64,000 nt of DNA from Daphnia carinata (taxonomy: Eukaryota), in contig NC_081331.1 in NCBI RefSeq assembly GCF_022539665.2, positions 12,152,001 to 12,216,000 of the forward strand, written 5' to 3'. The notes under the pieces were generated by a model. That model ran no database searches, was not told the origin of the DNA, and was given only the letters and a program-made list of their open reading frames with translations. Both the position numbers and the translations under genes were made by a program. This document shows positions 41,550 to 54,025 of this stretch, piece after piece. Every line of letters starts with the position of its first letter. The first letter of the stretch is position 1.

Positions 41550-44500
41550 TCAATGCCTTGGACCGAGTTGTGATGGACGTGCATTTTGCATTACGGCAGG
41601 GCCAGGAAGCTGAGGATTAGGAAATGTTGGTGCAGGTGCCGTGGAGCGATTCAAAGTGCCCCTAACGGGAGCTGTAGAAGGGCCCCTCTGAACTAGTGGA
41701 CGACCTGCTTGTCGCGCCACCGATACTCGGGGTCTGACGGCTTGTGGCAGAGTAACCGTGGAAGGAACTGTAGCCACGGTGGAACGCACTGTTGACGAGG
41801 GAGCATTTGAAACTGAAGGAAGAAGACTATAAAAGTTAGCCAAATTCCGACTACAAGGAGAATGTCTGAGCAGTTGGTATAACCATACCTGTGCGTCCTG
41901 CAGTGCGACGTGTACGGCCTTGTCCTCGGCTATTTGTTGGTTGATCCACTATTCGTGTTCCATCAGCTTGTATCGTTCCAAACGTAATATTTTGAATCAT
42001 GACAAGTTGTTCCAAGGTTTTTTGTTTATTTAGTCTTTTACTTTGCTCTTGGCGTTCCCGCACCAGTTCCTTTCTTCGTTTCTTTGTTTCTTCGGACAGC
42101 GTTTTGACCATGGCATCGATCATGTTATCTATCAAGAGATTTCTTCCTTCTGTGGTAATTGGGGCTCGACAAATTGGGCATTCCACCTGGACAATAAAGA
42201 AAATCAAATTCTGGTAGCTTAAATTTTAAATAATATATTCCGAACTAATTTTAAGTGTGGGATTGATTCACATTCATTGAGTTTTTTAGGCAAAATCCAT
42301 TGTTGGGGAAAGCCACAAAGATTAATTAAAATTTTTTTTACTCTGTCGGTTTAAATTTCACATTTTATCTTTTGACAAGAATGACGTCATGCAATTGACG
42401 AGCGATTCAGGTTTCGTGCTTTCAATGAAAATTCAACCCCTCCAACTTTTAACAACACATTTAAGACAAAACAATTTTAAGTAACTATTTTCCCGTTCGA
42501 CCCGATTTAACAACAGCAATATTAGATTCTTTGATTGAATTATTTCTATCGAGCAATTGTTCTTACCTTATTCTTTTTCCACTGCTGGACACAGTAATGG
42601 CAGAAGGTGTGCATACAATTCAGTGACGTAGCCTTGGAATATTGAAAAAATAATAAAACAATAACATATACAGCAGATGTGAAAAACCGTAGTTACGTAT
42701 GCAGGAACTTACGAAAACCATAAGCTCAGAGCAAATTCCACATTGAAGCTCGTTCTCCATGATGCTTTCCATTTGTCCTACAATGTCAATACAAGCTTTG
42801 CTAGATGCCTCTTGCTGAAGCTCATTAAGCTCTTTTTGAATACGTAATTCCTCGCGTACTTTTTCCAATTCTTGCTCAGTCAAACTAGGATTATTTGACG
42901 ATTGACCTGTGCAGGTTAAACAATTTCAGTTTATCGATGTAATAACGGAACCAAGTATTAAAAAAATATATATAAATAATGTCTTACCATCATCCATAAC
43001 AACCACGATATTCCCCGTATTCTCTATTTCTTGTCCTTGCTGAAGGAGTTGAATGGTCTCATACATCTCCAGACCGATAGCAGCACGGCTCTATAAATAG
43101 TTTAGGTAATAAAATTCAATATAATTGACAAAAAGAAAAACAGTTTTGTTATTAATCACTTAATTCTTACTATGTCATTTTATGTACATACCTGAATTTC
43201 AACAATTTCTCTTTCTTTAGCGTTTAAACGGGCTTCACGCTCGGCCAACTCCTCCTGCATCCGGCGAAGACGGAGTGCATCTTCACTCCCTTTCTGTTGA
43301 TGTTGCTTGGTTTCTTCTTCAATTTTCCGACGTGCTTCATTCAATTCTTGCTCTAATGACTGATGAGATAGTTTTATTTGGGCCAGTTCATTAATTGTTT
43401 TTTCTTTCAGGCGACTCTCCTCTTCTAGGCGCTCCTAACATAGCAAAACAAAACCAAGCAAATTGAATAAGCGTATAAATTTTTCACAAGGTGATATTAA
43501 TTCTATTTACTTGCAAAACGTTCTTTTCACGCAAAAGCTGCTGTACGACCAACTCTTTTTGTTCAAGAAGCATCTCCTTTTCCCTGTTAGCCCGCGCAAC
43601 ACTCTCTTCGAAATAAGTTTTTTTCTTTGCACATTCCACCTAAATAGCAATAAAATTCATCACAGATCACTGTGTGTTCTACCATTGCAGGTACCTGAAA
43701 CTCTTGCAAACTGATTAACATTCGCTTTTCTACATCTTCCTTCTGACGTTGTAACTCGTTTTTTTCCATCTCTCCGCGAGCAACTTTTTTCTCCAGTTCT
43801 TTTTTCTCTTCAGCAAATTTTGATTCCAAAACTGCTTTAGCTTTCTCTAAGTGCTCGTTGAGTTTCTCCTGTTCGAGCACCAACTTATCTTTCAGCGACT
43901 TCTGTAGTTCTAATTTGGCATCCAAGTTATCACTTTCCTCTTCAAGCGTTTTTTCAAGGTTTTTCTTAGAGCGGACCCAGTTATGAAATGCCTCCGGGGA
44001 ATCATTTAGTGAAGGGTAATTTCTAGTAGCAAGTGGCAGCCTCATCCTCTTGGCAAGTGGTTCTTCGTTTACTACGTCTGCTGACTGAAGACGGAATGCG
44101 TAAACAAACTTGGAACCTGCGCCCAACTCGATAGTATCCATGTGCTGGATGGGTATCTGCTGATGCTTTGGCACAATAATATGGTTTACAGCAATACCAT
44201 TCATTCCCTAGAGAAGAAGAAAAAGAAATAGAATGGAAAGTAAAAATTTAAATTAACAAAGATACCAAACAAAACAAATATCAGTAGATACAAATAAGAA
44301 GTTATAAATTTAAAAATGAATTTCTTACAACACTTTCAACAGTCCACTGATCTTTGTTCAATCTGAAAACAGCATGCTTCCGAGACACTAAAAGATCAGC
44401 AATTGCATAGGAATTTTCTTTAGATCGACCAATGGTGACCTAAAAGAAGTGACACATAAAAAACATCACATTAATCTGTACAGCTGATGTGCAATACCTC

Positions 44501-44584
44501 ATCACAGTCCAGTTGTATGCTCTTGTAATCCAATTCCTTTGTACCTATTCTTCGCAGAAGAGCCCCTGGAAATGTTGACACCAT
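41550..44584 (-). CDS. RNF8: E3 ubiquitin ligase RNF8-like (FHA, coiled coil, C3HC4 RING)
   Basis: FHA: VTIGRS..VSRKHA..GMNGIAVN (exons 44584-44498, 44439-44329, 44207-43695). A long E/K coiled coil follows, then the RING ENELQCGICSELMVFATSLNCMHTFCHYCVQQWKKNKVECPICR and then NMIDAMVKTLSEETKKRRKELVRER. The start and last exon are less certain. Confidence 0.85.
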
Positions 44585-45659
44585 TTCTGGGGGGCGGGAA
44601 TTAAATGGGTTGAAAAGGAACATTTTGATTGTTACTTAATTTATAAATTTGGCTTGTACCAATTCTCATTCTAAATTTTCATTGTTTGACTGTACCACTC
44701 ATTTAGAACTTGAAGCAAAACAAGTTTCTGGAATTCAAAAATAATACAAGAAATTTCATTACCTGATTTTTCTTCTTCTCTTGGACAAAATGTAGTTTGC
44801 TGCAGTGTTTAGAGTGTAAATTTGGTATCTAACAGGATTTCCAAAGTTAATTTCTATGTGCTGGCTGAGAACAGTCTTGGAAATGGCAGACGAAAAAAAT
44901 GTGGTCGAAGTTTAGTTTATCAAGACAATCACATACAAAATGATGACAATTTTTTTTTTTTTTTTTTAAGTCTGGATTTTCGGAATAAAAAAGTTTCGGA
45001 TATGAATTTTTTCTTTACCGTAGAGAGAGCAAAACCTACGAACAAACAAAAAAGCAGTCTCGATAAATCAGAAGTTTTGAATCAGACGGACTGCCATGTT
45101 GTCTCGTCGTCAAAATGTACGCCAGGCCGAAAGAGTAGCCAGTGGACAAGTTAACTTAAATTTCTTATGTTAAAACCTAAAGCCTTAAACAATAAACGCA
45201 AGTATCCCGCAAAACAATTGTGTTTTACAAACCTAAGTTTATACAAAATTCCGTATTAAAGAGTGTAAAGAAGGTACTGTGCTAGCGCGGCAGCCCAGGC
45301 AATTACCAAAGATACCAAAATAAAAAGCAAACAATATACAACTGTCAAAATATGCAATGAAAGATAACCCTTTGATTTAGATTATGCTTTTGCATAGGCA
45401 AGAAAACAAAGGAACTGTACATTACCGAACGTAGGCTACCAGAGCGCTATAGCTTACAAAATACCGCGCCATAGTGGCATGGCTGGTTAGACCAGGTTGA
45501 TTTGGTGACACTAGCTATAACGTTCTGCAACAGATGGCGTAACACCAAGAATCTCGTATTAGACAGCAGCGCCTCCAATGGCCGTAATCCTTACGATATG
45601 AGACCCATCCGTCTTCTGAATTTACAATAACATAGAATCCTTACAGGCAACTGCTCGAT

Positions 45660-46113
45660 ATGCCTCCAAACGAAATTCAATATTCTGACAAATATACAGA
45701 TGAAAATTTTGAATACAGGTAGGCGTTTCTTAAAAGATGTGTTCCAGGTAGTGTCAAGCACTGTTGCATCATTGTTTCTTTTAGACATGTAATTTTGCCG
45801 GCGGAAATGGCCAAGTTGGTGCCTCGAACACACCTAATGACGGAAACAGAATGGAGGAATCTGGGAGTTCAACAAAGTCCTGGTTGGATACATTACATGG
45901 TCCATAATCCAGGTTGATATAATTTGATTGATTTTAACTCAATAAAAATAAGAATGTGGTTATGACATTGCAAATCAGCATTTAGTTGATGTGGCAGTGC
46001 ATTTTCCAATGATTAGAATTTGAACTAACAATTTTCATATTTCCTTAAATATAAATTATGTTTCTTCTTTTTCAGAGCCACATGTGTTACTTTTCAGACG
46101 TCCAAAAGAATAA
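45660..46113 (+). CDS. CKS1: Cyclin-dependent kinases regulatory subunit (Cks1/Suc1 family)
   Basis: Exons 45660-45718, 45785-45912 and 46076-46113 give [74 protein letters not shown]. It is absent from the ORF track because the exons are short. Confidence 0.95.
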
Positions 46114-46265
46114 CGGCAATCATAATCAGACAACCCTTATAGTCTCCCCAGATATTTTTTTACATTATAAGAATCAAGATTTGCATTCCTTTCCTTGTTA
46201 TATTCAATCTTGATGCACCAACACATGAATCATACTGTGACAATGAAAACATGCCTTTAAATAAA

Positions 46266-47111
<846 letters not shown>

Positions 47112-47548
47112 TCTGCTGATGTATAAGTAAGTTGGCTAGTATTCTTAAACAACTGCTTGAAGCTCAAGAATCTTTTATTCGAAAATTGAATAACAAACAA
47201 ACGATCTCGGAAATGAATGCAAAATCTCTCGAATATAAAAACACTAAATAGTATATACTAAACGGTAAGCCAAAGCAAAAAAATGACGCCGACTGCGCCG
47301 GCTAGGTATCGGCCCCAAGCCAATCGGGGTTCGCATTTTGGGGCAGCAGGGTGGAGCAATCGGGGCTCATTTTTTCTTTGCCAAGTCTAATCAGAGTCTG
47401 TAATTCGGTGACTTAACTCCGATTGCGGCGTTGCGATCCGTCGATCTTTTAAATACCGTTGGGGCTATCGGGGCGATCCATAATTGTTGCTCCGCTTCGC
47501 CCTGGTTGGCGAAACGGTGCCCCGATTGTGCCGCGAATGGCTGTTTCC

Positions 47549-47594
47549 CAACATGGTCTCAGTACATATGTCAACATGGTCTCAGTACATATGT
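47549..47594. repeat. Perfect 23-bp tandem duplication CAACATGGTCTCAGTACATATGT x2
   Basis: Read directly from the sequence. Confidence 0.9.
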
Positions 47595-47907
47595 ACAGTA
47601 TCCTGCACAAAAAGAAGAACACCCGATTTTATTTTTAAAAGCCATCTATGGGCAAAATATATTAATTATTGACCTTTTTTAAATAGGGTTAGGGCTGGTT
47701 TGGCGCAAAAACGCTATAATTTGGGAAGGGTAGTTTTAAGTCCAGACACCTTTTGCTAATGCCTCAGGTGTTACGAAAAATGTCTGGAAAAAGTAGAGTC
47801 TAGTCTTTTTTTGTTAGACCCCAACCCCCATGCCCCAGGCTAAGATGACAAATATCTAATGAAAAAAATATTATCCTCAGTCACCCACTTTGTTCAACAG
47901 CGCCTTA

Positions 47908-48376
47908 ACAGCGCGGGAAAAATTTCGTCTCACACCGGGTTAGAACCACTGCAATCCGTATCTGAATCCGATGCTGTGCCACTGACCTATTACTTTTACT
48001 CGTTGTTGTCTATACTTTTGCTTATAAAAGGATGTGGAAGATGAATACAAAAATGGCAGTGCTATACGCTGCCGATCTAGTTAGTCATTATGGTGCGTAA
48101 GCGGTAAGTTTCGCTTTACGACGCGGGAGATCGGTGTTCAAGACTTCACATAGAAAATCACTTTTATACATCATGTCGTTCTGAAGAATCGTTTGTAAAT
48201 AATATAACTTACAAATAGTAAAAAATTTTCCCCTTCAACCTCCATGAAATAAACGATTATATAGGTATTTATAAGACAATGTCTTAAGAAATTGTAGCTC
48301 AGTGGTAGATGTTCGTATTCAGACACGGATAGCAGTGGTTCGATCCCGATATGAGACGAAATTTTTACCGCGCTGT
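47908..48376. mobile_element. MITE-like element with 82-bp tRNA-derived terminal inverted repeats and an internal tRNA-like cassette
   Basis: 47908-47989 (reverse complement) and 48295-48376 align ungapped at 68/82. Each carries an A box, a B box and a T-run. The termini are CAG...CTG with TA on the right flank. A third tRNA-like stretch lies at ~48084-48155. Confidence 0.65.
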
Positions 48377-48483
48377 AAATGCAAAGTCTTTTTCACACAC
48401 CCCCTCCCCTTTCTAAAATCATAAAAGCCTTGAATAATTATTTACGAGGAAAATAAACAGTCAAAATTGACAAATTTTGCATC

Positions 48484-48713
48484 AATCGATAGCTCTTTTC
48501 AACAGCTATCTACTTCTATGAAATTTATGTTAAATTTTCAGAAAAGGAAAAAGTTTAAGCGTAATATCTATTTTTTTGTTTTTATCAGTTGTGTCCATTA
48601 CAACCTTAGATGGAAAAACAACAAAAACACATTTTGCCTTTAAGATTTTTCTATTTGAAAATGTTGATTATAATTACCTAAAAATGGATAGCCCTTACCA
48701 AGGGCTATCGATT
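48484..48713. repeat. Fold-back element with GATAGC..GCTATC hairpins at both ends
   Basis: AATCGATAGC (48484) and GCTATCGATT (48704) are perfect inverted 10-mers. Hairpins are at 48488-48510 and 48687-48709, the latter with a 10-bp perfect stem. Confidence 0.5.
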
Positions 48714-48794
48714 TATATTATGTTTATATTATTTATATATTAAATAAGCGAATATCGTAATTAATTTTGCTGACAAATAATTAAAAATTTGTAT

Positions 48795-48995
48795 CTCTTA
48801 TATTCGTTTATTTGAATTACTATAACTATTGTACATATATATAATAGTAATATATATATTATAATTGTATGTATGTATAAATATATATCTATAATTGTAA
48901 TATACTGTATATATATGTGTATTTATTACATTGTAGTATTTATATACATTATCATAGTATTGTAAATATAAATTTATATAAAACGAATTCATATT
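48795..48995. repeat. TA-rich low-complexity tract
   Basis: Degenerate (TA)n/TATG runs. Confidence 0.75.
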
Positions 48996-51277
48996 ATTCG
49001 CTTCGAAAAAATTAAGACATGCGCTACACGCATTTTTGTTTAACTGGTTTAACTTTAACGGTTTAACCATTAAAGCAACCAAATCAAAGCCCTAGGGGCG
49101 ACAACACACACTTTCCCCATAAAGAAAACTGTAGGCGCGATTATGTACTAAGTAGTACATATTGCCTCGCGACCAGCCTGCTGTTTCCCTTTTAGCTGGC
49201 AATGATTTTGATCCATGGAATCAGGTTAATTCACTGTTTAAAAAATATATTAAAATTTAATGATAAACGTCACTAAAGGCGAATTTTGGTGCAAAAAATT
49301 CAACTGAGGTGAATTTTAATTTTTCTAATGTCCGTATTTGCATAAATTTGGGCTTTTTAAAATTCGCTTCAGCTGAAATTCATCTTTCCGCGCTGGTTTT
49401 TCCACTTCAGCTAAGTGGAGGTCCGGGCCTCCATTCAGCTCTCCAATACACTATTCTCTTCTAGATTTTGGGCTCCTCCTCGAAAAACGAAACAAAAATC
49501 CACCCACTGCCCTTCGATTGAAGATTATACTGCAATTAAGCAGGTCAACGATTGAGGAAATCGTAATTAAATTCAAATTTAGCTTTCGCAATCCAAGCTG
49601 CGTTGTTCAACATGCAAGGACACAGTCAATGTTATCTATATTACCCTAATAAATACTGTACAATTGAAGTATACCAATTCAAGGTTTTGAAATGTGTCGT
49701 TTTCTTTACATCTCACAAGCCCAAAATAGCTCACAAAAACCATTTACTTGTTTATTCACATGTTAGGACTAATGAATTTTGACTGTGTAACGTATGTCTC
49801 GTTCTATTTGAAGTTACGATCGAAATATTAGCTTAGCAGTTGGCGATGGAACTAACTTGTGATAATTTGTTTGTATCATCAAATTAGATGCATTTTAAAA
49901 ACAAATGTCAATTCGTCCTGTACAAATGATACACCAGAAGCAATTGAAAAGTTAAAATGGCAGCTAACAGCATGCATCTTGACGAGGCCATCTTAAGTAC
50001 GGTTAGTCTTTACCACCAAATGAAGGTTGTCCAAGTCCAGTCAAACTAAGAGGTCTCACCAAAAAAGAAGAAAACATTAGTTTCGTTATCTGGCAAACAT
50101 AAAACAATAGACTGAATTAATGCTTTGTTAGGAGCCTAGCATGCTTATCTAAAATTACTCGCCACTTTTACATTCTTACCCAAGCAAATTATCGCCTCCA
50201 GCAGAGCTTAGATCAAATACCGGTTACCTCCTTGTCTTTTTCTTGCAAACAGACTATGTAAGTTCCGTTCAGCCAGCGAAGCGTCATTGAACACATTGTA
50301 AAAACGGGCCAAAGGCGTAAAAAAAACTTGTAGCACTTGAGAATGAAAAAGCTATCAACGTGGAAGTCTTCTTCAGGGCATAGTCTAATACATATGGCGA
50401 AAAAAGTAATAAAACACAACATAAATTACATTGACACATAGCAGGGGGGAAACCCCTCAAGCTCTTTTCATTCGGTTTTCAACTGGTACACCTGTTGCCA
50501 ACCCCAAGGGCAAAGTGTGGACATTCAAGTTTTCATCACAATATCAACACCATCAAGCCCACAAAATGATTTAGAATCAGAGCTGCCTTCTCCCATTTCA
50601 AAATAACCCCAAATGAGGACTCCACAAAGACGAAAAGACAAACGGCATGACATACGTTTACCTTGTAAGTAAATTTAGGTCGCGAATAATCTTGTATGTC
50701 GGTGATTGTTTCTTTTTTCGAGTTTCGTTAAAGGAAAAAATTTTTTTGTCAATCTGTTAAACGAATATTTGTAAAGATTACTTTTTTCACCTTGAAATTC
50801 CCATTAGTTATTGACGTGATGTTTGGTCACTAGGCGGGTTTTCGTTCCATCAGAAAAATTAAAAAAAAAAAGGTTAGGGTTACTAACATGTTGGCTATTG
50901 TGTCGATCTCATAATAATATTGCCTCAAGATTTATTCGATCAGTTAAGGAAATTTGGAAAATTGTGAAACAATGGCTATTGGCCACCTCAAACCAGATGT
51001 GCAACAATGAATAACACAAAGCGTTTAGTCCCAACCTGTAGAATCCTGAAATTCTTAATAACAGTTCATCCATTTAAAGTTATTGGGACCATCAGCTAAA
51101 GATATTGTTACAATTAAGGTAATTGCCATTTCTGGGAGAGAAGAAATACTGTAGATATCGGGCACGTTAAATTTACGTTTCTGTTGACAAATGCAAATGG
51201 CATGCTTGAACAAACCAAGTGAACAAAAATGGCAACCCCAGTTGCCAAATTTACCAAGCATTAAAATAACAAGGTAT

Positions 51278-51836
51278 TACCATGGTGTACAAGGATGGTG
51301 AAAGAACTCTTCGTTATAACGGCCTATCTCGGCTGAAGGCTAATAGGGGTCTAGGTTAGATATTGTCAGAGACGCCTAGTGGCCGATATTGAAGTAAAAG
51401 GTAAAGGCTGCACCTGCTTGAAAAATTTTCTAAGTCCAAACAAGGGGGACGTGTCCCATTATCCCATTACCTCTTAGCTATCAAATTACCGTTATAACTT
51501 TTCTTTTATTATATTATCGTATTTGACGTTTAGTTCGTTTAGAATAAATTTAATGATCCCGTTATAATGAATTAAATTTATATAGCAATAGGAAAGGAGA
51601 AAAAAGAAAGATCTATACTGGGTTCGAACTCGAGACTCCCGTGCTGTAATCGAGTGTTCTATCCATTAGACTACAGAATTTGTTATATTTCTTCTTATCG
51701 CGACACTACTAAATATGATGGTGGCGTTGGCTATATCTAACCTCAATTAGGCCACACCCACCTCCTATGAAACAGGCTTCATTCGAGATAGGCCTTAAAA
51801 TGGAGAGTTGTTTCACCATCCTTGTACACCATGGTA
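51278..51836. mobile_element. MITE-like element with long TIRs, carrying a tRNA-like cassette
   Basis: Perfect 26-bp inverted repeat TACCATGGTGTACAAGGATGGTGAAA (51278-51303 / 51811-51836), extending imperfectly for ~40 more bp. TA (or TATTA) flanks both CCATGG ends. An internal minus-strand A box is at 51673-51663 and a B box at 51630-51620. Confidence 0.75.
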
Positions 51837-53119
51837 TTACCCAGCAATTATTTTTAAAGTTTGCTTTCTCTATCAAATAAAATTTCCCCAACGGGTTCAC
51901 AAAATGAAAAAAGAAATGGTTTGAATTATTTAGCGAAGGAAGAATGTTCAAAATTTATCTTGCCAACGTTCAATACTTTTTCCCTTTAGATGATGTTCGA
52001 TTGTTCGTTGGCAGTTGCCACAAGCCCAAGGGTATGGTGTCTCAATCACGTTTTTGTTTTGGAAAGTAAATAGTGATGGCTTAATCCAGGTTTGACTAAG
52101 ACCTGTGAAAGGTACTTGTTAACCTATTGTGGATGTATTATTTGAAAATATAATTTATGTAAACCAACTAATGTCCAATTTGGATCAAATGCTACCCAAA
52201 AAAACTTGCCAAAGACTGTCGTGTCTGTCGAGTTCTCATTGTCTTTTTTTTTCTTTTTTTTTTTTGCTTGTTAAAATACAAATTTGCATTGTTTTTTCTA
52301 AAAAAGTACCGGTTATTTCAATCCTACGCCATGTCTGATGTTTGTCTTTATAAAGCATGTGCTGATTTACTTTTACATTTTATTATCTATTGACAGGGTA
52401 TTCGTTTTAGTCTGACCCCGTTCGACGACAGTTTGTTGAATATTGTGGTGGATTTGAAGGGAATATTCCGCACAGCAACTGCGAAACTGTATTTCTTCTA
52501 AACGAAAGAATTGGTAATCCGCAGCTGACTATGACTGCCCATTTTCCCGTTGCAACTGGAATCTAGCCAAACGAAGTAGGTTTTAACGTCACAAAGCACT
52601 ATGTTATGACATTTAGTATAAGTTTCCTGACTTTAAATACTTTTAATCGCAAAAATCTGTCATTGGGTCCTGTACACCTTGAGGTTTATCAAGTGACGTA
52701 TTTGTCAAGGGCCACAACGTAAGTTAGAGATTAGTTTGAAAAAGGTACGGTTAATTATTACAACTACTTCCACATTCTAAAAGGGTTCTAAGGGCAAAAT
52801 CTAGTTTGAATGTTGTTCGATATTACGATTACCACTGATGACTCATTTTAGGGAGATAAGTTTTATAGTGTGAAAATTGGTGAAGCCTTCATCCACAAAA
52901 TTTCTCATTAATTGTATACATGTATTTTGCTGGCGAATTTATGTGAAACACCCATTGTAGTGCACAGAAAAGGCGAAACCGCTAACGAACGAAAACTGGT
53001 TGACATGAACCGGTTTAATGTTTAAGTAAAGTAATGTGAGGGATGTGTTCATCGATGGTTGCCCTCATTAGACATTTACTGTTTCGATTTCTTTCTAACC
53101 CTCCCCCCCCCACCACAAA

Positions 53120-53213
53120 GAAAAGCAAACAAAAGAAAAAAAAAAAAAATCAAAAACAAAAAAAAAAACAAAACATAACAAAAAAAAAAAAAAAGTAAAA
53201 TAAAAAATACAAA
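53120..53213. repeat. A-rich low-complexity tract
   Basis: Interrupted poly(A) runs preceded by a C-run. Confidence 0.7.
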
Positions 53214-54025
53214 ATTTTTTTTGCCTCATTGGGTTGCTGTTATTCATTCTCAGAGTAGCATAATAATATTTCTCTTTTCAAATCAAAGTAGACCTACACA
53301 TTTCTTTCATTGGCTGATTAGCTAAATAAAATCAACAAAGTTGGGCTTTGGCAACTGTGTAATCATTAATATGATGGTTAACGAACTTTAGCTATGGCCA
53401 GGTGGACGGCAATGCCTGTCGCGCACCTGCCCCGTAGGGCTAACAGTTGGGAAAACTATTTCATACATTCACATTACGCGTTCTACCTATCCCAACCTGT
53501 TGCTATGCAAAATGTCTGTTCATGTACCCACCGTTGACATATTGTCGTTCCTTATTATTGTCTAGTTTGGGACCAAAACAGTGGTATCACGTGACTTGGC
53601 GCACCCAACCAACTGTGAGGATTTTGAACAAGGCTGAGCCTTCAGGGGACGAGCGAAAGGTGGCGCTCCATCTGCAGAGTACGGAGAGTGCGATGCAGCG
53701 AGCAGACAGAAGATGAGTGTCGTGTTGCGTGGTTGTTAGTTGTCTGTTGCGATAACACGCATTAATTGAAACGTTAGTTGTCAACTTAACAATTGGTTTC
53801 TTAGCACTAGTGGTTTGCCTCACATTACTGTACTAAGATCTCGCATTTGAGTGTGCTGTGTTTTTGTTTGAAGATGCAACGCTTGAGCCATCTTCAACTA
53901 TTTTGCTGAAATGTTTCATTAAAAGCAATAGTGGAGCGAAAATGTGTAAAAACCGATATTACATACGAAATGCTTCCAAGCTTCTAACTTTTACTTGGGC
54001 ACAGTGAAAGTATGTTTCCAACACA

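Noticed and set aside
48317..48324. Possible TCA (opal suppressor/Sec) anticodon in the tRNA-like arms
   Set aside because: The acceptor and D stems do not pair, there is no long variable arm, and the loop register is ambiguous (TCA versus CAG).
48798..49082. 94-aa Y/N/I-rich ORF
   Set aside because: It is a translation of TA-rich low-complexity DNA.
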